Assembly (NCBI GenBank): GCA_951406725.2
Contig: OX597828.1
Location: forward strand, 45,942,001-46,006,000
Length of the DNA: 64,000 nucleotides
From: Octopus vulgaris
Taxonomy: Eukaryota
Direction of reading: 5' to 3'
Made by a program: the position numbers and the translations under genes. Below the pieces are notes generated by a model. It did no database searches, was not told the origin of the DNA, and saw nothing but the letters and a program-made list of their open reading frames with translations. Shown in pieces: positions 29,121 through 42,129 of the stretch; position 1 is the first letter of the stretch, and each line of letters starts with the position of its first letter.

Positions 29121-29500
29121 AATATATATAGTTAGAATTTACAAAAAATAAACAAAATAAAAGACGAAGACTGGTGTCAAAACAGCAAATAGATGTATTA
29201 GTTTAACGCTCGGGAACTGAGAAAGTATTTTACGTTTCGAGCCTATGCTCTTCAACACAAAGGAACACAGAAATAAGCAGAGAGAAAATAGAAAAAAAAT
29301 GTTTAGTGACTAGTGATCAATCATGGCGAATGCCGGACAAAGGTGATCAGACAGGAGAGCTAGGAAAAAGGAGAGATAATAAAGTAGTGGTGATCCCCAA
29401 AACGAAGGTGCTCATGCGAGTGAATGTGAGAACGTGTATTTGCGTGTGAATAGGGGCTGGTAAACCTTGATGTGCGCGTGTGTGCATATGTAGGTGTGTG
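29120..29500 (-). mobile_element. PLE-like terminal repeat fragment ending in (TA)n, with a degenerate hammerhead at 29227-29263
   Basis: Minus strand TTT-GTGTTGA-A-GAGC-ATAG-GCTC-GAAA-CG-TA-AAA. The upper boundary is approximate. Confidence 0.55.
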
Positions 29501-29605
29501 ATGATGTGGGTGCTGGGTAGTGGACAGTGCTAGTGTGCGCAGGGTGATTTGATGTTGTGTGGCGTGGTATGGCGGTGTGTGGTGTGGTGGTGTGTGGTGT
29601 GATGG

Positions 29606-29774
29606 TGTGTGGTAAGTAGCTTGCTTACCAACCACATGGTTTCGGGTTCAGTCCCACTGTGTGACACCTTGTGTCTTCTACTGTGTCTTCTACTGTAGCC
29701 TCGGGCCGACCAAAGACTTGTGAGTGGATTTGGCAGACAGAAACGGAAAGAAGCGTGTCGTATATATATATATA

Positions 29775-29818
<44 letters not shown>

Positions 29819-30029
29819 TGTGTCTGTGTCTGTGTTTGTCCCCCCAACATCGCTTGACAACTGGCGCTGGTGTGTTTACGTTCCCGTAACTTAGGTGTTC
29901 GGTAAAAGAGACCGATTGAATCAGTACTAGGCTTACAAAGAATAAGTCATAGAGTCGATTTGCTTCATATATAACTAATGTCCAGCCTGGCCACAGTCAA
30001 ATGACTGAAACAAGTAAAAGAGTAAAGAG
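29606..30029 (+). mobile_element. SINE family B
   Basis: Aligns to other B copies. Confidence 0.85.
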
Positions 30030-30124
30030 AGTATATGTATATATGTATGTATATAGGTACACAAATGCATATATGTATCTGCACATATGTGTGTGTATAT
30101 ATATATATATGTACATATATATAA

Positions 30125-30155
<31 letters not shown>

Positions 30156-30222
30156 AGTATATCATTTTTCTTTGATTTGCAAGATTAACTATCGAGTAAA
30201 CTACATTATTTTTAATATGCAC

Positions 30223-30253
<31 letters not shown>

Positions 30254-30311
30254 ATAAGTATTTGTACAGGTACGTCACTATAGATATATTTGTTTGCATA
30301 CGTGTGTGTAT

Positions 30312-30356
<45 letters not shown>

Positions 30357-30984
30357 TGTGTGTGTTAATGTGCGGGTCAACGCACACCAGATTTTTAGCA
30401 CGTACGACATTCGGTAAAAATATTTTCGTCTATTCCTGTCATGTTTCTGCCGCTCCACGTGGTGAGCCATGTGTTTCTACATCTGGTCCTGATGCGATTT
30501 GGTTGCAGACTTATAAGGTCAATAACTATACAGTTTACCGGAATCACTTAGCTGACCTGTCTTATCTCATGCTTAGTATAGGGCTTTCTTTTGTACAATC
30601 AGGCTATCATTGACGCTGCCACAACAAAACTGTACACATGCTCATTACAACAGCAACAACATGCTCTGTTGCGCTCGGAATTTAATTCCGTCGAGGTCAA
30701 GGATTCTCTTTCATCTTTTGGGTGGTCGAAAATGTAAATTTTCTGTTTCGACCGCTGGATTATCTGAATTATCAGAATCTTTGCGGTCTTTGTTCAGCAT
30801 ATCTTACATTTATTATCACCATGCACGTATTTCCGCAGCTTGTTTCTTTAACGGAGCTTCAATTCAGAGTAAAACAGAGACCGAGGGGAACATTTGGAAA
30901 GTAAAATGTTTTTAAGTGCTCACAGTCCTCAACCAATCGGATACTGCGACAGATGGAACATCCACTTATGCTTTTTATAAAGGA

Positions 30985-31354
30985 CTAGCAGTATCGCCCG
31001 GCGTTGCTCTGGTTTGTAAGGGAAATAACTATAAAGCATTTTTAGAGAGTTATAGCCAAAAAATGGAAAAAAAATGATGGTAAATTTTTTTTAGTTAAAA
31101 AGGTCGAGTTGCGTCCCCTAGACAGTCTGTGGTTTGTGTTTCTGATTCTCGACCCCATGTCGAATTTATCGATTTTTTTCAGAACTGGGGGAACTTTTCA
31201 AAATTTTCGCTGCGTTAGTTTTGAATTATGACATTGGGCTATGTGTGTGTCAAGTTTCATCAGAATCGGTTGAAAGCCGTGGTCAGGGTGAGGGTACAAC
31301 CTAACAGACACACAGAAACACACACAAACAAACTGCCGTTTATATATAGAGAGA
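30985..31354 (-). mobile_element. Complete non-autonomous Helitron (370 bp)
   Basis: Minus strand A|TCTCTCTATATATAAA ... GC-rich hairpin CCAGAGCAACGCCGGG ... CTAG|T: canonical TC/CTAG ends, AT target, no TSD. Confidence 0.85.
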
Positions 31355-32035
31355 TTAATGATGGAAAAGTTCAACGACGTACTTGGGGAGACCTTGGGCG
31401 TCGAAGATCAATTAGCCGCTCTTTTCCGGAGAACTTTCGACCGTGGACCGATGGATAATTTTAAAATTTCCTGGCCTGCAAGTGCTACTGGAGAGCGTTG
31501 CCTGTTCGCGATAAACTTCACAGGCACGGAGGTACCGTCAGCCGCGCATTTCCGAGGTGCGAGCAGGACGACGAGACAGTCTTGCTTGCACTCGTCCAGT
31601 GCTCGAGCATTGCTGTCCTATGGGTTTATGTCAACCACCTGCTGTGGCATGTAGGACGGATCTGGCTGTCAAATGAATTCATCGTGAAGATCTCCCGGCC
31701 ACCTTCCTTTTGACCGAGGACGAAAAGCTGTGTTTATATGCCTGGTAACCACGCCGAAAGTATTTGTGTGGTGGACGAGATGGAAGTGGCTGAAGACAAA
31801 CGCTTTTCTCTTTGGCCAATGCCTGGTCAACTTGTTCATGTTTCACTTGAAAAGGAAAATTAGGATAGAGAGGGGAGTGTTGTCTTCCAGCCAGTTTTAG
31901 GAAAGGTGGATGAAAGTGGAGAGAATGATGTGAGTGAAAGGGCCTGACTTGAGCATACGCCTATAGTTGAAAATAAAATAAAAGGGAAAGGAAAAAGGCA
32001 CATACCCCAAAAGACACGATACCTTTTTCTGTTTT

Positions 32036-32456
32036 TCTTTTACTTCTTTCAGTCATTTGACTGTGGTCATGCTGGAGCAACGCCTTTAGTCGAGCAAATC
32101 TAGCCTAGGACTTATTCTTTGTAAGCCTATCACTTGTTCTATCGATCTCTTTTGCCGAACCGCTATGTTACGGGGACGTAAACACACCAGCATCGGTTGT
32201 CAAGCGATGTTGGGGGGACAAATACAAACACACAAACATAAACACACACACACACACACACACACAGACACACACACACACATATATATATACTACGGGC
32301 TTCTTTCAGTTTCCGTCCACCAAATCCACTCACATGGCTTTGGTCGGCCCAAGGCTATAGTAGAAGACACTTGGCCAAGGTACAACGCAGTGGAACTGAA
32401 CCCGGAACCACGTGGTTCGTAAGCAAGCTACTTACCACACAGGCACTCCTACACCT
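32036..32456 (-). mobile_element. SINE family B inserted in the LINE 3' UTR
   Basis: Aligns to other B copies. Confidence 0.88.
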
Positions 32457-32746
32457 ATGGATTTTTATTGGACTTTTCCATGAGTAACCCTCGAACCCTC
32501 CTTAATGAAGATCACACATTCTTGATGTTTTAAAATTTTGCTGGTCTTGTTTATATGTAAACCCCACGCAACAACACACGCTCACAAACATACAGACATG
32601 CACTCTTTGTTTTCTCTTGTACTGTCGATAAAGTTTTTCTTAATGAAAACTGTTGTGGCCAATAAAGAGATCATTATTATTATACTTTTGTCTGATTTAT
32701 ATTCTGTTACATCTTACCACCGGGTCTCAACCTGGAATCGAACTCG

Positions 32747-32825
32747 GGCATATGGCATAGTGGTTAAGAGTGCGGGTATTAACCCCAAAATTCCTTGTTC
32801 GATTCCAGGTAGTGACCTGAATAAC

Positions 32826-32892
<67 letters not shown>

Positions 32893-33105
32893 TCAATAAT
32901 AATAACAACAACAACAACAACAACAACAATAATAATAATAATAACAACAACAACAACAACAATATCGAAAACTAACTTAGGAATGAGAACCCAGGTTCGA
33001 AATTTCCCCCAAACACCTGATGAAGCCTGGAGAGTATATCAGCCGAAAAGTTGTGTTAATAACAAACAAGATGAGGACAAATATCCGTCAAATGTAAATA
33101 ATGTA
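32747..33105 (+). mobile_element. Family G: tRNA-like Pol III head + (AAT/AAC)n + hammerhead-bearing tail
   Basis: A box TGGCATAGTGG at 32753-32763, B box GTTCGATTCC at 32797-32806, HHR at 33012-33057; second copy at 9288-9505. Confidence 0.82.
33012..33057 (+). ncRNA. Minimal type I hammerhead ribozyme (slightly degenerate)
   Basis: AACAC-CTGATGA-A-GCCTG-loop-CAGCC-GAAA-AG-TT-GTGTT; helix I is AACAC/GTGTT. Confidence 0.72.
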
Positions 33106-33119
33106 TTATCATCATCATC

Positions 33120-33203
<84 letters not shown>

Positions 33204-33745
33204 GAGTGAGAGAGCAGTGTATGCCATCAAAGTGACAATGGGGTAAAATATATGAAGCCCAGTATACCCGTTATGGCTACTCGTCTGATAAATGCACCCT
33301 AGGCACATGCATCACAACTATATGTGCAACATGGTGATCTCATATCAAGATAAACAGCGCATGACCTTGCAGGCGTGGCCAAGTTAGATCTTTCTTCAGG
33401 TCGTGTAGCCCATTCCGCTCAAAAGGTTGCCGAATAAGGGTCGTTTAAGGATTTTGAACGAAACACCCATGTTTCCAGAGGTGAATTATTTAAACACCAA
33501 AGAATCCCTCTCAACACATGGCTATGATGGTCCCCAACTATGTATTACTGCTCGTGAAGAGAGATGCACTAAGAGACATGCTTAACTAGTTACGGTCAAA
33601 CAACTGACAAGCAAATCTGTGGTACTGAACAGAATATTTGCTGTAGCTCATCTTATACCAAGTCAAAACAATGCACATAATGACACTTCCAATCAGTTAA
33701 GATGAGAAGTCATGAGAGCCACTGCTTTGTACTGCATGAGGGCAT
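33204..33745 (-). mobile_element. Family E: ~540-bp non-coding element inserted in (AAT)n
   Basis: Reverse complement of 49675-50214, with (ATT)n on both flanks. Confidence 0.88.
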
Positions 33746-33769
33746 TTATTACTATTATTATTATTATTA

Positions 33770-33816
<47 letters not shown>

Positions 33817-33997
33817 GAGTGAGAGAGCAGTGCATGCCATCAAAGTGACACTGGGGTAAAATATACGAAGCCCAATATACCCATCATGACTACCCGTCTG
33901 ATAAGGGTACACCAGGTACATGCATCACAACCATATGTCCGCGACATGGTGATCTCATATCAAGAACAGCACATGACCTTGCAGGTGGGGCCCAGTT
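33817..33997 (-). mobile_element. Family E, truncated copy in (AAT)n
   Basis: Retains only the end that reads GAGTGAGAGAGCAG on the plus strand. Confidence 0.85.
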
Positions 33998-34022
33998 TTA
34001 TTATTATTATTATTATTATTAA

Positions 34023-34086
<64 letters not shown>

Positions 34087-34093
34087 GTTGTTG

Positions 34094-34147
<54 letters not shown>

Positions 34148-34157
34148 TTATTATTAA

Positions 34158-34748
34158 CGGCATAAACCTTATCACACTGGACGAAATACTTAGTGATATT
34201 TCGCCCGTCGCTGCGTTCTGAGTTCAAATTCTAACGCGGTGGCCCTTCCCTTTCAACCTTTTGGAGTCGATAAAGTGCCAGAGAAACACTAGATCAATGT
34301 AATTGATAAGTCCCTTCTCCCAAAATTTCAAGGATTACTATTGTTATTACGAAAGTTGTTGTTGTTGTTGTTGTTAAGGCGGATAATAGGCCGGATAAAA
34401 TATTTAACTGCATTTCGTTCGTGATTACGATCTGAGTTGAAATTTTGCTGAGGGCGGCTCTGCCTTTCATATTTTCGGGGTCGATAAATTAAGTACCAGG
34501 TGAGCAGTCTTCTTCTTAATTCTTTTTGCCCCTTTGGGAGCATAGGGCCGGTTTCCTAGTTTCCTTAGCATAAAGGTTCCCCACCTGGACGGGACGCCGG
34601 TCCGTCGCAGGTGAGCTTCAAGATGCAGGAGGAAAGAGTGAGAGAAAGTTGTGGCGAAAGAGTCAGCAGAAGTTTCGCCAATATCTTCTGCCGAAGCAAC
34701 GTGGAGCTTAGGCGTTTCGATCATAAATACACACATCACCCGGTCTGA
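34158..34748. mobile_element. Cluster of two diverged A copies (+) and a C-head SINE with a third tail type (-, 34510-34748)
   Basis: Partial alignments to the A and C consensus. Confidence 0.65.
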
Positions 34749-34787
34749 TAGGCCCCCACAGACTAAATTCTTCCCATAGTAGAAGAT

Positions 34788-35690
34788 ATCATCATCATCA
34801 TCATCATCATCACATCATCACCACCACTATCATCAACATCACCTCCGCCATCGTCTCCACTAACGTCGTCATAACGATCCACCCACCTCCGTCATTAACT
34901 CCCTTCTCACCACTATCCTCATCATAATCATCACCATCTTCATCATGAACGCCAATATCAATGTAACTACCACCATCTTCACTACTATGGGTCACCAGCA
35001 CCGTAACCATCAGACCACCAATATTACAATCAGAGGTGTAGCACCATCACAGCAGCACCAAAATCACCAGGACTACCATTATACTTACTACCACCACCAC
35101 AACCACCACTAACAACAACAACAACAACACTACCATCACCACCAACAACAACACCACTGCCACTACACCTAGTCTGCCTTCCTCACTACCACTATTATGT
35201 TAAGGATCACTGCCAGCGTCACACCCACTAACCATCAACACCACCATCTCCAAGACTGCTTTCATCACCACCATGGTCACAACTACAACCATCCTCAACA
35301 CCCTCACGCCCACCTCTACCGCCAACACCATTGACAACACCACCACTATCACCAACACTACCATGACACCACCATCGTCGTAACCAGCACCACAACCACC
35401 GTTATTATGTTGAGAATGACCACCACAACCATCGTCACAACCACCACAACCACCCCCACCACCACCACTACAGCTGCCGCCACCAACACGGCCATCTACA
35501 CCATCTTCTCGCGTCACTACCAGCATCATTCGTCAACGACACCACCACAGTCAGCAAAACGTGCCTTCCCACCACCATCACCGTAACCGTCTAGACTTCC
35601 ACTCCCATCACCACATACAATCATCATCATCATCATCGTCTCCCGTCACAACAACCGCCATCGCCGCAACCACCAACTCTCCGACCCCAC
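34788..35690 (+). repeat. Degenerate (CAC/CAT/CAA)n low-complexity tract
   Basis: Read directly; no long ORF. Confidence 0.85.
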
Positions 35691-35888
35691 CTACCCGATA
35701 TGTGTCTTAAGTACTAGAAAAATTACTTTCGGTTTCGGCCAACTTAACCGATATTCAACAAAGGTCAAATGTCTACGCACACATACACCCCATCCCAGAC
35801 ACATACATATATATATATATAAACATATAGTCCCCACACATGTATATATATATATATTCATATATATATAAACATATACACCCCACAC

Positions 35889-35934
<46 letters not shown>

Positions 35935-36159
35935 ATGTATATGTACATATGTGCATCTATACATAATGTGATACGTAATGCCTGATATATATACATATAT
36001 ATGCATATATATACATATATAGAGTATCAGACAGACCCGTACACGTACATAATCATTAAGAGACTAACACACACATATATGACTTACAGACAAACGTATA
36101 TCTACATATATATATTCATATATATATATATACATATACATATATATATATACATATTC

Positions 36160-36192
<33 letters not shown>

Positions 36193-36496
36193 CATATATA
36201 TATATATATATGTATGTATATATATATACATATACATATTAGTGTGATGCAGACAGTCTCGCTCTATCTTTCTCCTTCCCCCCTCTCTCTCACTCTTGCT
36301 CTCACATACATGCAGCCATACACATACATACACACCCATACATGCGCACATACATGATCTTATACAAACAAACTTGTACCTATTAGTTCAGATTACCTAC
36401 ATGACAGACTCACACACGAATGAAGGCATTATAGTTACACATTAAGATATATGCATGCATTCATACATACATACATACATTCATACATACATACAT

Positions 36497-36580
<84 letters not shown>

Positions 36581-36739
36581 ATATGTATATATATGCATAC
36601 ACACATATATATACACATACATATATACATATATGGGGCTGAATCAAACTATTATAAACAAGAATATAACTATACACACACGCGCACACAAATATATAAC
36701 AGTAATATATATATATACATATATATGTATATTTACATA

Positions 36740-36794
<55 letters not shown>

Positions 36795-36798
<4 letters not shown>

Positions 36799-37050
36799 TG
36801 ATCAAAATAATAACATGATGCCAAGGATTCAGCGGTACATATGTTTCGGGCCTTTATTAGACAGATTTATAACAATGCATAATGTATGTCTGTGGCCTTC
36901 TTCAGCCGCGCACAACAGCTTCCACAAGGACATGTGTTACATCAAAAATTCTTGGTTGGGGATGCAAATCCTCTCATTCGCGTACGACATAATGCGGCAA
37001 CAGCATAGAATTGAAGCGTCCATCTCTTTCTTCTCTCAATGTAGAATGAG

Positions 37051-37053
<3 letters not shown>
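36795..37053 (-). mobile_element. Short PLE-like insertion in (TA)n carrying a hammerhead
   Basis: Unique ~260 bp between two (TA)n tracts; the HHR lies ~40 nt from the (TA)n-joined 3' end. Confidence 0.7.
36832..36909 (-). ncRNA. Hammerhead ribozyme with intact catalytic core
   Basis: GCGG-CTGAAGA-AGGCC...GGCCC-GAAA-CATATG-TA-CCGC: helix I GCGG/CCGC, palindromic helix III ACATATGT, GUA cleavage site. Confidence 0.8.
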
Positions 37054-37089
<36 letters not shown>

Positions 37090-37133
37090 TATTTACATAT
37101 ATTTATATATATATATGTGTGTATAATTACGTA

Positions 37134-37230
<97 letters not shown>

Positions 37231-37735
37231 GATAGATAGATATTAATATACATCCATATAAATATAGACATACATATGTAAATATGCATACGTATATGAA
37301 TATTCATATTTATATATATATATAAAACAAGGTTTAAGTATATACAAAACATCGGATATACACACCTTCACTCATAAAAAGTTAGAACACTTGACTAAAA
37401 GCACTAGCATTCTACACATACACCAAGAAACACACGCGCACATGTCGCTATGTAAATGCATATATACATTAATGAACGAACACAATAACAACCAAATAGA
37501 TGCATATATAGAGTCATAGATGCATTTTGATAGTCATTCACAATACCACACAGAGATATATAAATGCCTCTTCTTAGCTAGACATTGTTTCACGTATAGA
37601 AAATACAGTACGACTTATATACATGCTGATAAACCCAGGTAGGAAAGTACTTGAGGAGATATAGGCATACGCATACACGGATTGCAGAAGAGATATTTAA
37701 ACATAGAAAAGATAGACAGACAGAGACAGACAGAC

Positions 37736-37810
<75 letters not shown>

Positions 37811-37927
37811 CAGATAAATTGATTGATTGATTGATTGATAGAAAGATAGATTGATAGACAGAAAGTTAGATTGATAGATATACAGATAGACAGACAGACA
37901 AACAGACAGATAGATAGTTAGATAGAT

Positions 37928-37967
<40 letters not shown>

Positions 37968-37979
37968 TGATAGATAAAT

Positions 37980-38933
37980 AGATAAGTTTCTTTATTGGCC
38001 ACACAGGGCTGCACACAGATGGGACAAGTTACAAGGTAGAGCTTTTTTTATGGGGAGAAAACAAAAAGGTGGCGTAGGTTTTCGATCAAAAGGGATCGTA
38101 AAAGGGAAAAAAGAACAAAAAAAGAAAGAAAAAAAAAGAAAATGGGAAAAGGAACAAAAGAAAAGAAAAATTAAAAAAGAAGAAAAAAGAGGAAAAAAGG
38201 GGAAGAGGAAAAAAAACGATCAATAGGGATCAATAGGGATCAATAGGGATCAGTAGGGATCGATAGATAAATAAATAGGTAGATAGATAGATAGATAGAT
38301 AGATAGATATATAGATAGATAGATAGATAGGAAGATTGATAGGAAAATAGATTGATAGATATAAAATTAGATTAATAGAAATATAGATTAAGATAGAAAA
38401 ATAGACAAACGGACAGGCAGACAATAGACAGACAGCTAAATATAAAGATAAGTAGATATATATATGTATATATATGCGACGGGCTTTTCTCAGTTCAGTT
38501 CTGCCAGATAAACTCACAATACTTTGGTCAGCATTATATATACTGACTGTATCAGGGCGTGTATAAGTCTTTAAAAAATTACAAAAATTGATTCCTGGTG
38601 AGAATGCGATCAATAAAGCCGTGGGAACGTGCATTTGTATGTGCAAGCACATATCCCTATTGATCGTTTTTTTTCCTCTCCCTCTTTTTTCCTCTTTTTT
38701 CTTCTTTTTTCATTTTTCCTTTCTTTTTTTCCCTTTTTCCTTTTTTTTCTTTCCCCCCTTTTTTCTTTTCTTTTCCTTTTGTTCGTTTTTCTTTTTTTGT
38801 TCTTTTTTCCCTTTCACGATCTCTTTTGATCGAAAACCTACGCCACCTTTTTTTTTCCCCCAAAAGCAAAGCTCTACCTTGTAACTCATCCCATCTGTGT
38901 GCAGCCCTGTGTGGCCAAGAAAGAAACTTATCT
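37980..38933. repeat. Inverted pair of LINE-like 3' ends (37980-38230 minus; 38653-38933 plus)
   Basis: Both read ATCCCTATTGATCG-(T/C-rich)-GATCGAAAACCTACGCCACC...GCAGCCCTGTGTGGCCAA(T/G)AAAGAAACTTATCT. Confidence 0.9.
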
Positions 38934-39697
38934 TTCGATCAAAGATGCACGTATTGTTAGCCACTAAGGGACATGCTGAAATGGTTATGGTCAAAAATGC
39001 TGTCAAGCAAATCTCTGCTATTGAACAGAATAATTGATTTAACGATATTTCTGCTTCAGTAACTCAGCGCTGAATCTGTCTGAACTGTCATTGAATATAG
39101 GCCAGTTTTAAAACACTGATGTCTAGGTCAAAAAAGCAAAATTTGAAGAAAGTGCTCTTATTTCCTTTGATTTCTAGCTAGAAGCAAATAGAAAATAACA
39201 TTTACTAACCAAAGACAAAACAAAATAGCAGTTCTGTTAGAAAGTGTTATAGAGTACTCGGATTTGTAATAGTAAATAAAGAAAACCAAAACATAGAAAA
39301 CTCGGATTTGTAATAGTAAAACGAGTAAGGATTTAAATGAAATGATATGTTGGCTTCAAAAACCAGGGAATTATAACATAGTGTGGTATTGACAGGGATG
39401 TGTAGTGTCCATGACAGAAACTACGTATCTGGAAAAAAATTGTTTTCGTGTTTAGATAAAAAATATTAGGGTATTTTTACATCACTTCTAACTCTGCAAC
39501 CCAAGGCCTTTACATAAATATTTCCATAATTATATATATGTACGATATTTATATTTTCAATTATGCCGCGCTCTATAATAACCATTTCTATATAAATATA
39601 TATGTTACATATGTTTATATATATATATTTGTATATATGTATATATATATATTTTTTTCCTGTTTCAGCTCAGAGCTGCGGCCATGCTGATGCACCA

Positions 39698-40020
<323 letters not shown>

Positions 40021-40685
40021 CATAAAGTGATGTGCCGCTAAAAATACTGAGTTCATGCAGTCATGTTATTTGCCCGCTTCGTTAAGGAATGGGCCCTTAC
40101 TACGCTTGTCCTTATATTAAATATTCATAACAAATAATTGAATATAATTGTAAATATAAACATAAACTGTAGAAAGAAAAAAACATATTCAAGAGAAAGT
40201 GTGTGGAAAGCAATATATACAACGTGAATAAATGTGTGTATGTGTGTGTGTATACATCGCTCTCTGTTTTGTAGACTCACATACATATATGCGCAACACA
40301 CTGTGTTGCTCAGGCTATATAGTGAAAATGTCAACACTAACATCGCGAAGTAATTAATTTTCATTTTTACATTATTGCAATCCTTCTGAACATATATTCG
40401 GTTTCGGAACGGACGTTAGGGGTAATATTCTTCTGTTTTTATTTTCTTGCTCCTCGAAATATAAATAAAACCTCCCTAGGCAATTATGTTCATAAAAATG
40501 GGAAAAAAATCAAGAAATTTGATTTATATCAATCCCTCTATCACTTACCAAAATCCCTAATATCCACCGAAATTTGATACTAACCATAAACCTTCACCGA
40601 GGCCCTTATTTTTACATTAAGTACTTAATCCTAAACACTAAATCTATTCTCAAATACATACATTCAAACATACGTACTTTCATAC

Positions 40686-41142
<457 letters not shown>

Positions 41143-41169
41143 GCTTTTATATATATATATATATATATA

Positions 41170-41508
41170 TATAATAAAATATTAGGGAATAAATCCAAAC
41201 TTACAGGGAAAAATCAGATTTAGGATTAAATCCAATTTTATAGTAAAATATATTATATTATATTAAATTAGAGATAAAACCACTATTAGGCAAATCAAAC
41301 AATGAAAGACATAAGCCAATACATAAAATTAATTAATTTATATTATTTTAATATATATCAAAAGTATTAAAAGTTTAATAAAAGATAAAGAGTAAAACAC
41401 TACGATCGTTTGATGGCTGTACAATTCGTAATAATTCGAGTTATGGTTACAGTCAATCTTCAGGTTAATTGAAATATTTCAATTAACCTGAAGATTGACT
41501 GTAACCAT
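41170..41508 (-). mobile_element. PLE-like fragment ending in (TA)n, with a degenerate hammerhead and a 66-bp perfect palindrome at its 5' end
   Basis: Minus strand AC-CTGAAGA-TTGACTGTA...TACAGCCAT-CAAA-CGATCG-TA-GT; palindrome at 41443-41508. Confidence 0.65.
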
Positions 41509-41513
41509 GCTTA

Positions 41514-41562
41514 TATAGTTATTTCCCTTACAAACCCGAGCAACGCCGGTCGATACTGCTAG
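41514..41562 (+). mobile_element. Helitron 3' terminus (same family as 30985-31354)
   Basis: TATAGTTATTTCCCTTACAAACCCGAGCAACGCCGGTCGATACTGCTAG|T. Confidence 0.85.
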
Positions 41563-41585
41563 TATATATATATATAGTGTGAAAG

Positions 41586-41631
<46 letters not shown>

Positions 41632-42094
41632 TGATAAAAAAACTTCAAGAAAATAGAGCAAAGATATTTTACTTTATCTCTCTCTCCGTTACCTTGTTAC
41701 ATTCCATTCATAGCTTCTTTGCACGTATACATCCATGTGCACACACACACACTCACACACACACATACACACACACATTTATATATATATATACAGATGT
41801 GTGTGTATAAATGTATATATGCATACGCATGTCTACATATACATATATGTATTGATAAAAACACACGTATATATATATGTGTGTGCGCTTCCACAGTCAT
41901 ATACCTACGTGTACATAGGTGTATAACACACGTATTTTGATACAGACACGTACATTGACACGTGTTCAGATACAGATATGTACAGATATGTAAGCCCATT
42001 TACGAACTAATGTACGCATTTGTGCACGGATGGACAAACACATCTACACGTGTAGATAATTACCCGTACACATCCCCCTCTCTCTCTCACTTCT

Positions 42095-42129
<35 letters not shown>

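Larger units (their letters stand above)
30870..32672 (+). mobile_element. L1/Tx1-like LINE 3' fragment (ORF2 C-terminal zinc-binding region plus 3' UTR), interrupted by a Helitron and a B SINE
   Basis: LGETLGVEDQLAALFRRTF...; LPVRDKLHRHGGTVSRAFPRCEQDDETVLLALVQC...LW; 3' end TGTGGCCAATAAAGAGAT(ATT)n. The 5' boundary is approximate. Confidence 0.7.

Noticed and set aside
34788-35690. Mucin-like or His/Thr-rich exon
   Set aside because: Degenerate triplet repeat with stops and no splice support.
39256-39320. 21-bp direct repeat ACTCGGATTTGTAATAGTAAA (and small duplications near 48660, 54595/54803 and 54880)
   Set aside because: Ordinary local duplications with no further structure.
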